Source: Adineta vaga
Taxonomy: Eukaryota > Animalia > Rotifera
Direction of reading: 5' to 3'
Length of the DNA: 64,000 bases
Assembly (NCBI GenBank): GCA_021613535.1
Contig: CP075495.1
Location: forward strand, 1,674,001-1,738,000
Within the stretch, counting starts at the first letter, position 1; the number at the start of each line of letters is the position of its first letter. Made by a program: the position numbers and the translations under genes. Shown here one piece after another: positions 1 through 12,372 of this stretch. The notes under the pieces were generated by a model. That model had not been told where the DNA came from. It searched no databases and saw only the letters and a list, made by a program, of their open reading frames with translations.

Positions 1-2897
1 TATTATTCATCATCAAAATCCTCAACAATTAACAGCTAATCTTTGGTCAGCTGTTCGTTCACGTGGCTGCCAATTTCTAGGGCCAGGTTTGTGATTTCTT
101 TCGAGAATATTCTTCAGCATTTCGATATATCTTTTGTTCTATTTAGCTATGCAAGAAGAAGTATTAAAATTAATTCTATTAGCACTTGAAGATGGTTCAG
201 CATTATCACGTAAAGTTCTCGTTTTATTTGTTGTACAAAAATTAGCACCACAATATCCTCGAGCAAGTAAAACAAGTGTTGGACATGTTGTTCAATTACT
301 TTATCGAGCATCTTGTTTTAAAGTAAGATATGAAAGAGAAAAACAAATCGATTATAAATTTTCATATTTCAGGTACAAAAACGTGAAGAAGAATCATCAT
401 TGATGCAATTGAAATCAGAATTTCGAAATTATGAAAATCTTCGACGAGAACATGATTCACAAATTATTCAAATTGCTGTCGAAGCCGGTAAAGATTATCG
501 AATCGATCTATTATTTGAAATATATAATGTATCTTCTTCTTCTTCTTTTTGTTTCAGGTTTACGTATCTCACCCGAACAATGGTCTTCATTATTGTATGG
601 TGATGCTCAACATAAATCATCCATGCAATCAATTATTGATAAACTTTCTACACCAGCTTCATTTACTCAAGGAATTCAAGAATTTCTCATTGTTCTTCAG
701 CGTGCTGGTGATTCATCGAAACATTTAGCACAATTAAAAACTGATTTTGAAATTTTATCACAAATCGAGACTGGAAATATCGATCAACAATCTATAGTAG
801 ATGATAATCAATATGAACATTCAAATTGGTTATTAATGGTTGAAGCATTAAAATCAATTAAAACTGTTTTACAAGCTTTAATGGATTTTAATTTACAAGA
901 ATCGAAAACAAATCATTTTAATAAAAATTACTATCATCACCGTTCGTACGATCTTTCATCAACGACATTTACATCATCAACATCATGTTCATCACCAATG
1001 ACTGTTTCACCATTGGGTGGTAGTAGTACAACATCAGAATATCATTTACAACCATTACATCCATCTGCATCACAACATAGTCAAAGCAAATATAAGGTTT
1101 GATTTGTTTGTTTATTTAAAATGAAAGAATTTTTATTTCGATTGTTTTATAGGTGTCGATGTGTCGAGATTTTGTTCAAAAACAATCATGTCCACGTGGT
1201 ATTCATTGCACATTTGCACATTCAAAAATTGAAATGGATAGATTTCGTGCTAAAAATCGTCCTTTAAATGGAACAATGTTACCATTGAATCCAACAAATT
1301 CAAATACTTCTCTTCCACCACCACTATCACAATCATCTTCAACTACAAATGGTTTATCTCTTTATCCATCTACGAATGGTACCAATTTAGTTCGACCAAT
1401 TCCTCCATCTATTTTACCTTTGTGGAATCCACAACAATCTCAACATCTTATACAAGAAATTCCTCAACAACATCATCATCAGTAAACAAAATTTCTTCTC
1501 CTTTTCTATTCACTTCTTCTTCTTCTTCTTCTTCTTCTAGTCATTATTATCATCCATCACAAATTCCACCATCAATTCTTCATATGCACACTCATCCAAA
1601 TGTAACAACATATGAACATTCACAACAAACAAACAATATGAATAATCTGACTACTACGAGTAACAATAATCCAAATAATAATAATAACAACAATAACAAT
1701 AACAATAATTCAAGTCAAATTCCGGTGATCGCAGCTGCTGCTCAAGCTATTCTTGAACAAAACAATGCAGCTGCTGCAGCTCTTGCTGCCAATGCATTTT
1801 ACCGTTTTCAACAACAACAACAACCAACACCATATCATCAAACATCATCAATAGTAAAATAAAAATTTCGTAGAATTTTTCCTATTCCTTCAATTGTCGT
1901 TTTTCTTCAAGCACGGTCAACAACAACAACAACAACAACCATCTTTATTATCTCGATCATCAAATCTTCCTAATTCATCATCAAATTCAATGCAGCAACG
2001 TTCTCATAAGTATGATTTTTATTATTTTAATATTTATCATATGAAATCTTCATATTTTAGCTATACGGAAGCACGTTTTTCATCATTGTCAGATCAACAT
2101 AATAGTCATCAAGCATCTAATCATTTTCCTCCTATTGAAGTAAATAAAAAAATTCTTTTACAAATTTATTTTCCTATTCATTCTCTTCTTCTTTTTTTAA
2201 AAAGGATTTACGTTTACCACCAGTCATGCATCTCAATGGAAATAATGGAACAGATAATTCTAATCTTAATCAACGTAATTATTCTGTTTTACAAACAATT
2301 CCACCAAGTATATAACAAATTGTTTTTTTCTCTAATACTTATCAATCTCTTTTGTTTTTATATAGAAAATGATGATAATCTTTTATATTTTCCATCAATC
2401 AATAATTTAAATCGTTCACAACAAACATATTTATCTGCTTCAAATAATAATCATGGTTTATTCAATGATATTCTTTCATCTAATAATAATACAACTAATC
2501 CTATATCAACTTTATCAACCAATACATTTATCAATAATCGACAACAACAACAACAACAACAACAATCATATAAACCAATGACAACAGTTCCGTATCCACA
2601 ACAACATCCAATACGTAATGATGAAAATGTATTTCATAATAATCCTCAACATGCTAATAATGTATGAATGAAATAGAATATATTGATTTGATAAAATTTG
2701 AAAATTGTTTTTAGTTTGATGATGATGAATATGCGTTAATAAATGGTCCAAATAATGGAAATGTTGGAGGTGGTACAAATTCAAATGATAGTAGTTTTTT
2801 CTATTTTGGTTCAGCTAATGCACATGCAACAGCTGCATATAATTTCTATCATCCAAACTCGCCATTAAGTGGTAATGGTCATTCACTCAAAGCATAG
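1..2897 (+). CDS. RC3H1: Roquin (RC3H1/2 family) RNA-binding protein, 5'-truncated by the window edge; multi-exon
   Basis: ROQ-domain peptides ([83 protein letters not shown]) and a CCCH finger ([27 protein letters not shown]). Q/N/S-rich tail; stop TAG at 2895-2897. Confidence 0.96.
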
Positions 2898-3778
2898 TAG
2901 TTAGTTCGTAGTGTGTTTTCTTTTTCTTTTTCTTCTTCTTTCTTGGCAGCGACATTGCGTTACCGGGGAATAAGTGTAGCCTTCTTCTTTTCACTTTTTG
3001 TTCGTTCTTTCGATATATATATATATATTTATTCTTTGATAAATGATGCCAATACCAATGTTCGCTGGTCGACTCTTCTTTTTCTTTTCTTTCGAACACA
3101 ACAACATGAAAAATCGTAAGCTCATATACATTGAGCATTGTCTCTTTCTCTGTTTTTTCCCTCTCTCTTCTCATTTGTGTTGTTGTTTTTAAAACAGTGA
3201 CATATTCGACCTCTAGTTCTCTCTCTTTTTTATGATGATGTATCACATACATATATACGTGCGCATTCGCGAGATAGTAAACCAAGAAACAAGCAAAGTT
3301 TGGTGATTTTGTCGTAAGTGTGAGAGTGTTTTCTTTTGTTCTTTTCGGTTTTTTTCTCTCTCTCTTTGTCTCATTTTTTTGTTCATTAAAAACGTTTACT
3401 TGATTTCATTGCTATTATTCTCTTCTATCCACTATTTTGTCTTTTTTTCTCTGTTCGCTCTATCTATATTTATTTCTTCTACTACTATAGTTTGTCTTCA
3501 TTCTTATATGTATTTATGTTCGAAAAGAAACTAGTTCGGTGCATGTGTGTGTGTGTGTGATTGTGCTTATTCAAGAAAGAGGAAAAGTTATATTTAAAAA
3601 ACAAAAGAAGAAGAAGTCAAAGAGGATGAGCTTATATTGGATATGCTATGTTCTTTCTTTTTTGATTGTTCATTCAAGATATATGGGACTCTTTTTTGTT
3701 GCGGAAAAACTATCATTTGACAATCGATGAAATGAAATTCAAGTGTGATTATTTAAACATACTTGAATTTAATCTTAG

Positions 3779-4567
3779 ATGTTAAAGTATTTCTTTGGCC
3801 ATCGTTCATCTTATTTAAATATTGAAACGATTGATAAAGTTCAATCACTTTGTCGTTCAATTGAAAATCAAATTGATCGAACGAAACTTCAGGAAGATTT
3901 TCTACAATTATTTCATCGTCTATTAACATTTTCAACTAAACAATCTCCTCGACAAATCCTGCAAGAACAATTGAAATTCTCCTTAAACAAAAGTCTATCT
4001 CAAACACATGCTCAAGGGGTTTTTCTAGATTATGGTCAAATTGAAACTGCTGGTCAATTAGTTGCCATTTATCCAGGAACAATTTATAGTCGTCATTTTG
4101 ATCCATTACTTTTACCATCAATAAGAAATACATTTCTACTTGCAAGAAAAGATAATTTAATTATTGATGGACGTGATCGAGGATTATCACGTTCAATCTA
4201 TCTTTCATGTCATGCTCGAAATCCTTTATATGATATTAGTTGGTTATCAAAAGATATTCATCAACATCAAAATCCATTGACACTTGGACATTATATCAAT
4301 CATTTTCCTTCTGATGGTTTACCAAATGTTACATATTATGAATTTGATTTTGAATTTAATGAAAATCAAATTGATTTTTATCGTTTTGTACCAAATGTTC
4401 GATATTCAGATATCGATGAAGATAATCGAATGATAATGCCATCTGTTGTATTGATTTCTTTGAGACCGATTAAGCAAGGTGAAGAACTATTTTCTTGTTA
4501 TTTAAATGTTATTGAACAAGATAAAAAATCATTGAATTTGCATGAAAATATTTCGGTCAAAGAATAG
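3779..4567 (+). CDS. SETD9: SET-domain protein, SETD9 family
   Basis: GQLVAIYPGTIY, SIRNTFLLARKDNLIIDGRDRGLSRSIYLSC, NPLTLGHYINH, PNVTYYEFD and IKQGEELFSCY match SETD9/C5orf35. The ATG is directly preceded by a TTAG acceptor, so an upstream exon or spliced leader is possible. Confidence 0.88.
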   Translation: MLKYFFGHRSSYLNIETIDKVQSLCRSIENQIDRTKLQEDFLQLFHRLLTFSTKQSPRQILQEQLKFSLNKSLSQTHAQGVFLDYGQIETAGQLVAIYPGTIYSRHFDPLLLPSIRNTFLLARKDNLIIDGRDRGLSRSIYLSCHARNPLYDISWLSKDIHQHQNPLTLGHYINHFPSDGLPNVTYYEFDFEFNENQIDFYRFVPNVRYSDIDEDNRMIMPSVVLISLRPIKQGEELFSCYLNVIEQDKKSLNLHENISVKE

Positions 4568-4640
4568 ATGAAGAAAAAAAACACGTTGTGTCTTAAAAAG
4601 ATAAGAAAACAAGTTTTAATATCTACAGAATAAGGCAAAC

Positions 4641-6030
4641 ATGCAGCAAGTTCTTAACTTGAATCAAATCGTTTTTTTACTGTTTTTGAATATTATCTAT
4701 GTATCAACTGATATCTTATATCAATGTAATTTTGATGATGGTATGATATTACACCATTGTTTTACTAGTCCAATTACAATTAGTAGTCATGTTGGAACAG
4801 CAGATTTTCTTGAACCAAATGCACCTCTTTCCGATGTAACTTCGACTTGTATGTATCAGAATTTCGAATAGAAATAGTTCATCAATCAAAATTTTTTGCT
4901 TAGCGAAACCAACTGAGAGTGGAGAAGTATGTCAATTACCTTATACAATTTTTGACTATAAATGGAAAATGTATTTTTGTAATGATGGTTATTGTCCAAC
5001 AAAGAATGATTCCAATAGTTTATGTCAACATGGTTTGTATGATATAAATAATAAATTTGGGTTTTTTTAAAATTTATTTGAATAGGAAGATTTGGATATA
5101 TACAGTTGTTTGATACAGCAATAGAATCTTTTCAATTAGATACTCGAACGAATGGTATCAATGGTACAGATCAACAATGTTTAATTTATTATTATTATAT
5201 GTCACCGATAGGTGATAAAAATATTACAATAATAAAAGAAGAAAAAGGTAATAAGGAGGAAATTATTGATTCAGTTAGTGATACACCATTTAATGGATGG
5301 ATTGAACGACGTGTATCATATTTTATTAAAATACCAAATTATAAAGTAAGACTATATTCATTGAAGTAGATATCAAAATGAGACTTTAGATTTATTTTCT
5401 TGTACAAAAATCATCCATTTCACATACTCCATATATTGCATTTGATGAAATATCAATTCACGAAGGTAGTTGTGGTAAGATAAATTACATTAGGATAAAA
5501 GCCATCAAACTTTGCTAATGGTATCTTTTATATAGATGATCAATCGATAACAACAACACAATCGATAATAACTAGTTCTGTACGATCATTATAATAAACA
5601 TTCGTATTCTATACAATGAAGTTTTCTTTAGGAAACAACTACACAAATTATAACATCAACAGATTCATTAATTTCATCGACACAAACAGAATTAATATCT
5701 ACAATATCTTCATCGTCTTCAATCACAACACCTACTGAGCATTCTTCTACTAAATCAACCATTGATCATGCTTCCAGCGACTCAACTACTGTGCAGGTTA
5801 CAAATACAACTAGTCACAATAGTGTTGTCTCATCATACACTCGTGTTCTTCCATATAAAACACATGATACTATTATTTTATCTGTTATTATTCCTCTAGT
5901 ATGGATCGTATTCATTGTTGTTATTATTTGGATCAAAAGATCTACACATACTTCTAATAATGTCTCTAAGCTCGATGGAAACAATCGATTATCAAGTAAT
6001 TTCGAACTTAGTAATGTGTCTTGTGATTAA
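4641..6030 (+). CDS. MAM-like domain, mucin-stalk type-I membrane protein (paralogue A)
   Basis: Signal peptide, then ILYQCNFDD..., PLSDVTS, a Cys-rich exon (CQLPY..WKMYFC..GYCPT..C), QCLIYYYYM, FNGWIERRVSY and IAFDEISIHEGSC (MAM-like). Followed by a Thr/Ser stalk, TM IILSVIIPLVWIVFIVVIIW and a short tail. Confidence 0.8.
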
Positions 6031-6095
6031 ATGATTGTTCATTTATACTAATAAAACATTTCGCAAATAGATAATACATAAACAGTTCTATTATT

Positions 6096-7394
6096 TCATG
6101 AATATATACTATTAATCAATTGAACAACAAACAAAAATATAAACCAACTTGAAATCATCCTACAAAAATATAAGAAATAAGAAATATCAGACAGACAAAA
6201 AATATTTCGTTCACTTACGGATATGTAACACTCATAGCTATAACATAGAAATGAAAAAAAAAAGATATAATTCAAAATATGAATTACCAAGTTTACCTAA
6301 TGATGAACATGATTGATTGTCAATCAATCGAAAGACTTGAATTCGATGATTATTGAAATCACTTACATAAAGATTACCATCCATATCAAATGTTATGTCA
6401 TTTGGAACATTCAATTGATGAGAACTATTACCTTGAGCTATAATAATGAAATAATTTCTAAACAGAAACATCATTATTATTCTTTTACTTACTACCAGTT
6501 CCAGCAATAATCTCTCCTTTAATCATATTTGGTAACCATCGCATAACTCGATGATTATCTGTATCAGCAACATAAATAATATTAGTTATTTCATCAACGA
6601 ATACACTGATTGGGTTTCGTAACGAAGTCGAATCATTACCAGCAGTGCCATTACTCGATCCTATAATAGTCACACCTTCTCGAGCATCCTTTGCCCATTT
6701 CTGAATACGTGAATTGCCTGTATCGACGGCATAAACATAGCTACCATTTCGAGTAACATAAAGTCCATGAGGATTTCTAAGAAGATTAGGTGCTATTCCT
6801 GGTTGATCAGAAACACCAGCAACAATTGTCGTAGTATTTAAATCTTTTGACCATTTAAGAATTCGATCTCGTAATGCATCAGATATATAAACATTCTTAT
6901 CATTATCGACAGCGACACCAAAACATTGATGACATTCTTCACCAACTTGTACACCTTGTTATGCGCCTTGTGTCCACTTTTCTACACGATCTTGAACAGA
7001 AAGTGTTACATAGAATGTTGGACTATTACTTTCATCATCAACATAAATATGTAAAGGAAAATATAAATTTGTGGCTACACTTTGAACAATGGGAACTGGT
7101 TGATTGACTTTTAACATTTGCACGCGAGCATTTTTATGATCAGCAATATATAACTGTTGTGTTGGTTGATGAAAAGAAATACTGGCAGGTTCATTCAACT
7201 CTTCCGAAGAATTTCCAGCAGTTCCTGTTCCTAATATAGTCAATCCATTCGTTTCCCATTTTGCACAAGGACTTATTGTAATCGATGATGTTTGAATCGT
7301 ACAAGATAAAAGAATTACTGAAATATTTAATAGTTCATTTATTCTGTGAACAATAAAGTTGACCCTTACCCATAAAAGTACAAAAAAACTTCAT
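6096..7394 (-). pseudogene. Secreted NHL-repeat (beta-propeller) protein with a GPI-like C-terminus, carrying an in-frame TAA at 6959-6961
   Basis: Signal exon MKFFCTFM|VILLSC, ISPCAKWETNGLTILG, several NHL blades (LYIADHKNARVQ, IYVADTDNHRVMRW, LYVSDFNNHRIQ). The frame continues with NHL sequence after ...KWTQGA*. Hydrophobic end MISSWFIFLFVVQLINSIYS. Confidence 0.85.
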
Positions 7395-7545
7395 CACTTC
7401 AGACGTTGTGTCTATTCTTCGGTATGATAAAAGAAAAAATGAAAGATAGGTAGAATATATATAGTTAGATGATAGAGATAAACGATGATGTTGCTTTTTC
7501 TTTCAGCTAAGTACAAGTATTTTTAGAAAATTTTCGCAATGCCGA

Positions 7546-8810
7546 TTAACCTTTTTGGGACCTGTGATGTTTTGAAACTTCACGTTATCTAACGGATGAG
7601 AATTGCAGTTTTTTCGCGTCTCTTTAAAGTAAACGTTACGACTGCTTTTTTTTACAACTTCGTGCTATGTTCTGCATCTTCTTTTCTCTTATTATCATCG
7701 ATGCTTCATGGATTTCCCCCTTCTGTCATATATGTATGTGTAATGGACTTTTCTTTTTTTCAACTAACCTATGTTTCATAAGTTATGAGACAAAATGTTC
7801 GATCGTTATTCAGTCGCTTAAAAGGAACTATTGCAAGTCAAAAGCAGCTATAGAGACTCAGAATTTTGTGCTCTTTCCGCATATGGACTCAAAAATTGTG
7901 TGTCTGTTTTTATTCGAGAGTAGTGAGGAAATCTTTAAAAGGTCTGAAAAATTAGCTTTCGACGGCGAACAAGCAGAGTTTCTTTTAGCTCCCATAAATC
8001 CCTTTACGAAGGTGTTAAAAATTGTCGGAGTCGGTGAATTTGTGACGAAAACGTGATATCGTACTAAACTCTAGCTTGTACCTATAAGCATATTTTTAAC
8101 AACTACTTTCTACCTAAAATGTGCTTTCGTCAAAAATCGATTTTTCCAAAATGAGGGTGATATAGAAAAACGAAAATATAGGTTTCTTATTGGAAGAGAA
8201 GAAGAAAGTCCAATAGTACGTTTTATAGGGTAAAATTTGCTCTACAAGCTCATTTATCAACAAAAGTTTCAACTTTTAGTTTCGGATCCTAATAGCGAAA
8301 ATGTACAAAATCAATTTCCGTCAAAACTGATTTCTCAGACCTTTTAAAGATTTGCTCACTACTCTTGAGCAAAAATAGACACCGACGTGTTGAGTCCATA
8401 TTCAGAAAGAGCACAAAATTCGAAGTCTTTCTAACTATCCTATTGACTCGAACTAGTTGCTTGGAAGTGACCGGAAAAAGAACGAACATTTGATCTCATA
8501 ACTTATGAAACATAGGTTAGTTTTATGGATACTCCTCTCCTGTTATCACCCTATATGTAGCCTTTAGATTGTTTTGACGAGGATGATTGATACAGAAATA
8601 GACTCAGGTGGATTAAGATATCACAGTTTATGCTTCATCAGTTTCATTCCACATATGACAACTTCAGGAAAAAGCCATCTCTGAATCAGCATCAAGAAAA
8701 GAGTTTGACGATTTAAATCTGTCTTGAATGGATTGATAAACCTGGGAAAAATAAATCATTTTGAAAAACTTGTAGTTTTTGCTCAAAATAAACCGGTCCT
8801 GAAAGGATTA
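7546..8810. mobile_element. Non-autonomous piggyBac-like / foldback DNA element, about 1.26 kb
   Basis: Left end TTAA-CCTTTTTGGGACC (7546-7562); right end GGTCCTGAAAGGA-TTA(C) (8795-8810), 12/16 inverted match. Internal ~205-bp inverted repeat at 7762-7965 and 8317-8522. No transposase ORF. Confidence 0.65.
7762..8522. repeat. About 205-bp inverted repeat pair (7762-7965 / 8317-8522) with a ~350-bp spacer
   Basis: AACTAACCTATGTTTCATAAGTTATGAGA at 7762 is the reverse complement of TCTCATAACTTATGAAACATAGGTTAGTT ending at 8522. The two opposite-strand ORFs here share NFVLF..MDS...CLFL..SSE.IFKRSEK. Confidence 0.92.
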
Positions 8811-9065
8811 CTACTGCCCTCTAAGAAAAGCCTTATTAATCATATTTGATAATTAGTAATTCTTTCCTGATGAACAGAGCAAGAAAAATACTGTTTTTTT
8901 TTTATAATTCATGGCACAGATTCAATAGTAACTGATATGATCTTTTCATTGTTATTTTGTACTCATTTTATTTCCATTGTAATGACGAAGAAAAAACATC
9001 TATTGCGAAATTACAACCTTGAGTATAACTAACGAATCGTCATCACACATTTGTATGCTGACAAG

Positions 9066-9905
9066 ATGACTGATAACAACGATCCTGTTGCTAATTTTCC
9101 AACCATAAATCGTCAATTATGGAATGATAAAGTTGATTATCATCTTCAATCAACAATGTACAATCTTCCTGGTTTTCTTTCTGGTATTGATACATTAAAT
9201 CAAATTGAAAATGATCTATTAGGTGATGTACAAGGTAAACGTATTCTTCATTTACAATGTCATTTTGGACTTGATTCATTATCACTTGCACGACGTGGTG
9301 CTCAACATGTCACGGGAGTTGATTTATCCGATCGAGCAATTGATAAAGCACGAGAATTAGCTGCAACAATAAAACAAAGTGAATCAACAAGATTTATCTG
9401 TTGTAATATTTATGATTTACCAGAATATTTATTATGTAATGAAGAAGAAGAATTATTTGACATTGTTTTTACTTCATATGGTGTGATAACTTGGCTACCT
9501 GATCTAGATCGTTGGGCTGGATTAATATCTCGATATTTAAAACCAAATGGTGTTTTTATTCTCGCAGAATTTCATCCAATTCTTTGGATGTTCGATGATG
9601 CATTTTCACGTATCGATTATTCTTATTTTAATCAACATGTAATTGTTTCTGAATCAAAAGGAACTTATGCCGATCGAAATGCGCCAATTTCAAATTTATG
9701 TGTTGAATGGAATCATAGTCTTAGTGAAGTTTTTCAAGCAATTATCAATCATGGACTTCGTATTGATATTTTAAGAGAATTTGATTATTCACCTTATGAT
9801 GCCTTTTTAAATACTGTCAAGACAGAAGATGGTTTTTATCAAATCAAAGGATTAGAAAAGAAACTACCGATGGTTTATGCGTTGAAAGCGACGAAATCAT
9901 CTTGA
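9066..9905 (+). CDS. Class I SAM-dependent methyltransferase, intronless, bacterial type (probable horizontal acquisition)
   Basis: LLGDVQGKRILHLQCHFGLDSLSLARRGA-VTGVDLSDRAI, FDIVFTSYGVITWLPDL, LKPNGVFILAEFHP and WNHSLSEV form the bacterial 'HLQCHFG' methyltransferase signature. Single exon in an intron-rich genome. Confidence 0.92.
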   Translation: MTDNNDPVANFPTINRQLWNDKVDYHLQSTMYNLPGFLSGIDTLNQIENDLLGDVQGKRILHLQCHFGLDSLSLARRGAQHVTGVDLSDRAIDKARELAATIKQSESTRFICCNIYDLPEYLLCNEEEELFDIVFTSYGVITWLPDLDRWAGLISRYLKPNGVFILAEFHPILWMFDDAFSRIDYSYFNQHVIVSESKGTYADRNAPISNLCVEWNHSLSEVFQAIINHGLRIDILREFDYSPYDAFLNTVKTEDGFYQIKGLEKKLPMVYALKATKSS

Positions 9906-10130
9906 TTTATTTTTCGAAAATCTATCGAATTTTTTTTTCATATTATTATTAAAAAAGAAGTCATTGACATCATTTGAAAAGTTTTGTAACTATAAGCATA
10001 TCTATCGACTAAACGACATACAGATATCTCAACACAAAGTGATAACTATGTTATTTCTTTATTCATAGATAACATAAATAAGTTATCTTTGATACTATAA
10101 AATAAGAATGAGTCCTATTTTGATATTTAA

Positions 10131-12292
10131 ATGACAAACAATATGTTTTTCATTCCTCTGTAAGTTCTTTTTCAACAATACAGATATAATAATCGTATAC
10201 TATAAGATTTATCATAGTTCTGAAGTTAATATCACATTTAAATTCGCAAATTATTTACGAATGTAATTTTGATAATGCAATTGTCACCAACAATTGTTTC
10301 ACTACGAATATTATTGTAAGCACTGGTGTGGTCGCGGCAGCTAGTTCGGGTAATAAGAACGATACTTTGAATTTTTTTATTCGAATGGTTTTTTTTAGCT
10401 CCTTTTATGCCAATGTCTGATGTTACTTCGATTAGTAAGATAATTCTTACTTTCTTCTTATTCTTTGAATAATTATTTTGATTTTAGTTCAACCTACAAA
10501 TGATGGAAATTTATGTGCTTTACCTTATAGAGTAGGTAATTTCACATGGGATATGTATTTTTGTAATAAAGGATACTGTCCAACAGCAATGAATACAAAT
10601 AGTGCATGCGCACTTGGTTAGTTGACAAAAAAAAACAATCAAACGATTGATTTTAGTTTGAAACATTTAATATATTACTTAGGTAAATTTGGTAGTATAT
10701 CCTTACTCGATTTTACAATGTATTCTTATCAACTAAAATCAAAATCTGGTTTTATTGATGGTATTAATGAACAATGTCTGATCTATTATTACTATATGGC
10801 AAATTCAACTCGAAATAGTATCACAGTTCTAAAGCAAGACATCAATGGTGTAAATGAAACGATTGATAATGTAACAAATGCACCGTATAATGGATGGATT
10901 AAACAAATGGTTTCATTTTTTGCTGTACAATCGAATTATACAGTAAAAACAATTCATTTGTTTATATCGTATCTAAATGGAATACTTAACATAGATATTC
11001 TTTGATGTACAAAAAATTTCAGGTGGAGCTGGATCACATGCAGGATTGGATGAAATATCAATTCAGCAAGGATATTGTAGTAAGTAGATTTCTAAAAATA
11101 AATAAAAAAAAATAAACTTGATTTATTCAGATGAGATTGCAACAACTAGTTCGATCATTCCAATGACTTCAAAAGATACGACATTAATGTGAGTATTTAT
11201 AGGAAATATTTGATAATGTCTTGTGAATTTATACAGAACTACACAATCAATTGCACAAACAACAACTGTAAGAGAATTTGCGAAATACGAAAAACAATAA
11301 GCATACTAATACAATCTTTTCAGGAATCTATTATCACATCAACAACAACCACAGTAATTCATATTTTTACGAAACACTAAATTATAATAATGTTTACATA
11401 ACTATTAATTTTAATAGGAAACAACACTTTCCACTTCAAGTACTACAAGGTAAGTTCAATAAGTAGTTTAATGAATATGTACAAAAAAATGTAATCATAG
11501 TACGTTATCAACAACAACAACAAGTACGATCAAAACTACTAGCACGTATGTAAAACTAACATACTTTTAAAAGCATTCTTATACATTTAAATTAGGACTT
11601 CTTCAACAATATCATCTACAATTATCAGTACAAATGTGTCACCGGTAATGTATCATTGAGTAAACTTGTCTTAGCAAATTTATAAATAGAATATATATCA
11701 AAATTGTCCTGGAATATTCCGAAATAATTGCACTAAAATAGATGTTAACATATCTTTCCTACACCTCCACATGATTTTCTTTGCTTGCTTTCGAAAAACG
11801 ATAAATATAATTGTCAATTTTTTCGTTCCAACAACAATAATAATCTTTCCCTTGACTGACAATGTCAACAAACATAATCTACATGATAACTAACGTTAAG
11901 TAATACATTCTAGTGTACTTAATATTCCTTTTTTTTCTGTGTAGGTGGACATTACTTCGACAGAGACTAATTCTTCTGACATTACTCAAATCATGTTTAC
12001 AACACAATATCACAATTCCACAATATTACAAACAACGATTACATCATCAATAAAAACATCATCGATCACAATAATAAATACAATCACTAGTCCTACAAAA
12101 CCTTCGAATAAAATTCTAATCATTGTTTTATCAACTGTCATTCCAATTTCTATAATTTTATTAATTATCGGAATTATTCTATGGAGAAAATCCATTTCAA
12201 AAAGTTCTGTTCCTGATACTTCACCCAGATTTACTAATCTTGATAAACATAAAAACAGATATAGTGATTTAGAACTCGATTCAATGATATAA
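10131..12292 (+). CDS. MAM-like domain, mucin-stalk type-I membrane protein (paralogue B)
   Basis: MTNNMFFIPL|FIIVL..NSQIIYECNFDNA, PMSDVTS, CALPY..WDMYFC.GYCPT, EQCLIYYYYM, PYNGWIK, GLDEISIQQGYC; many Thr-rich micro-exons; TM ILIIVLSTVIPISIILLIIGIILW; tail RFTNL..YSDLELDSMI. Confidence 0.8.
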
Positions 12293-12372
12293 CAAAGTAT
12301 TTTTTAATTCTAAATAAATATCCTCTTTGTTTTTTTGTTTAATTCACAAGAAGAAGAAAAAGAGAGAGAAAA

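Noticed and set aside
2898-3730. Hydrophobic ORFs and a possible autoregulatory roquin CDE stem-loop in the 3' UTR
   Set aside because: The ORFs are T-rich UTR noise, and I could not find a convincing UCYRYGA-type stem-loop by eye.
7596-8489. ORFs 7596-7781, 7667-8056 and 8289-8489, the last two with mutually similar peptides
   Set aside because: The similarity simply reflects the DNA inverted repeat. There are no transposase motifs and no host-like coding pattern.
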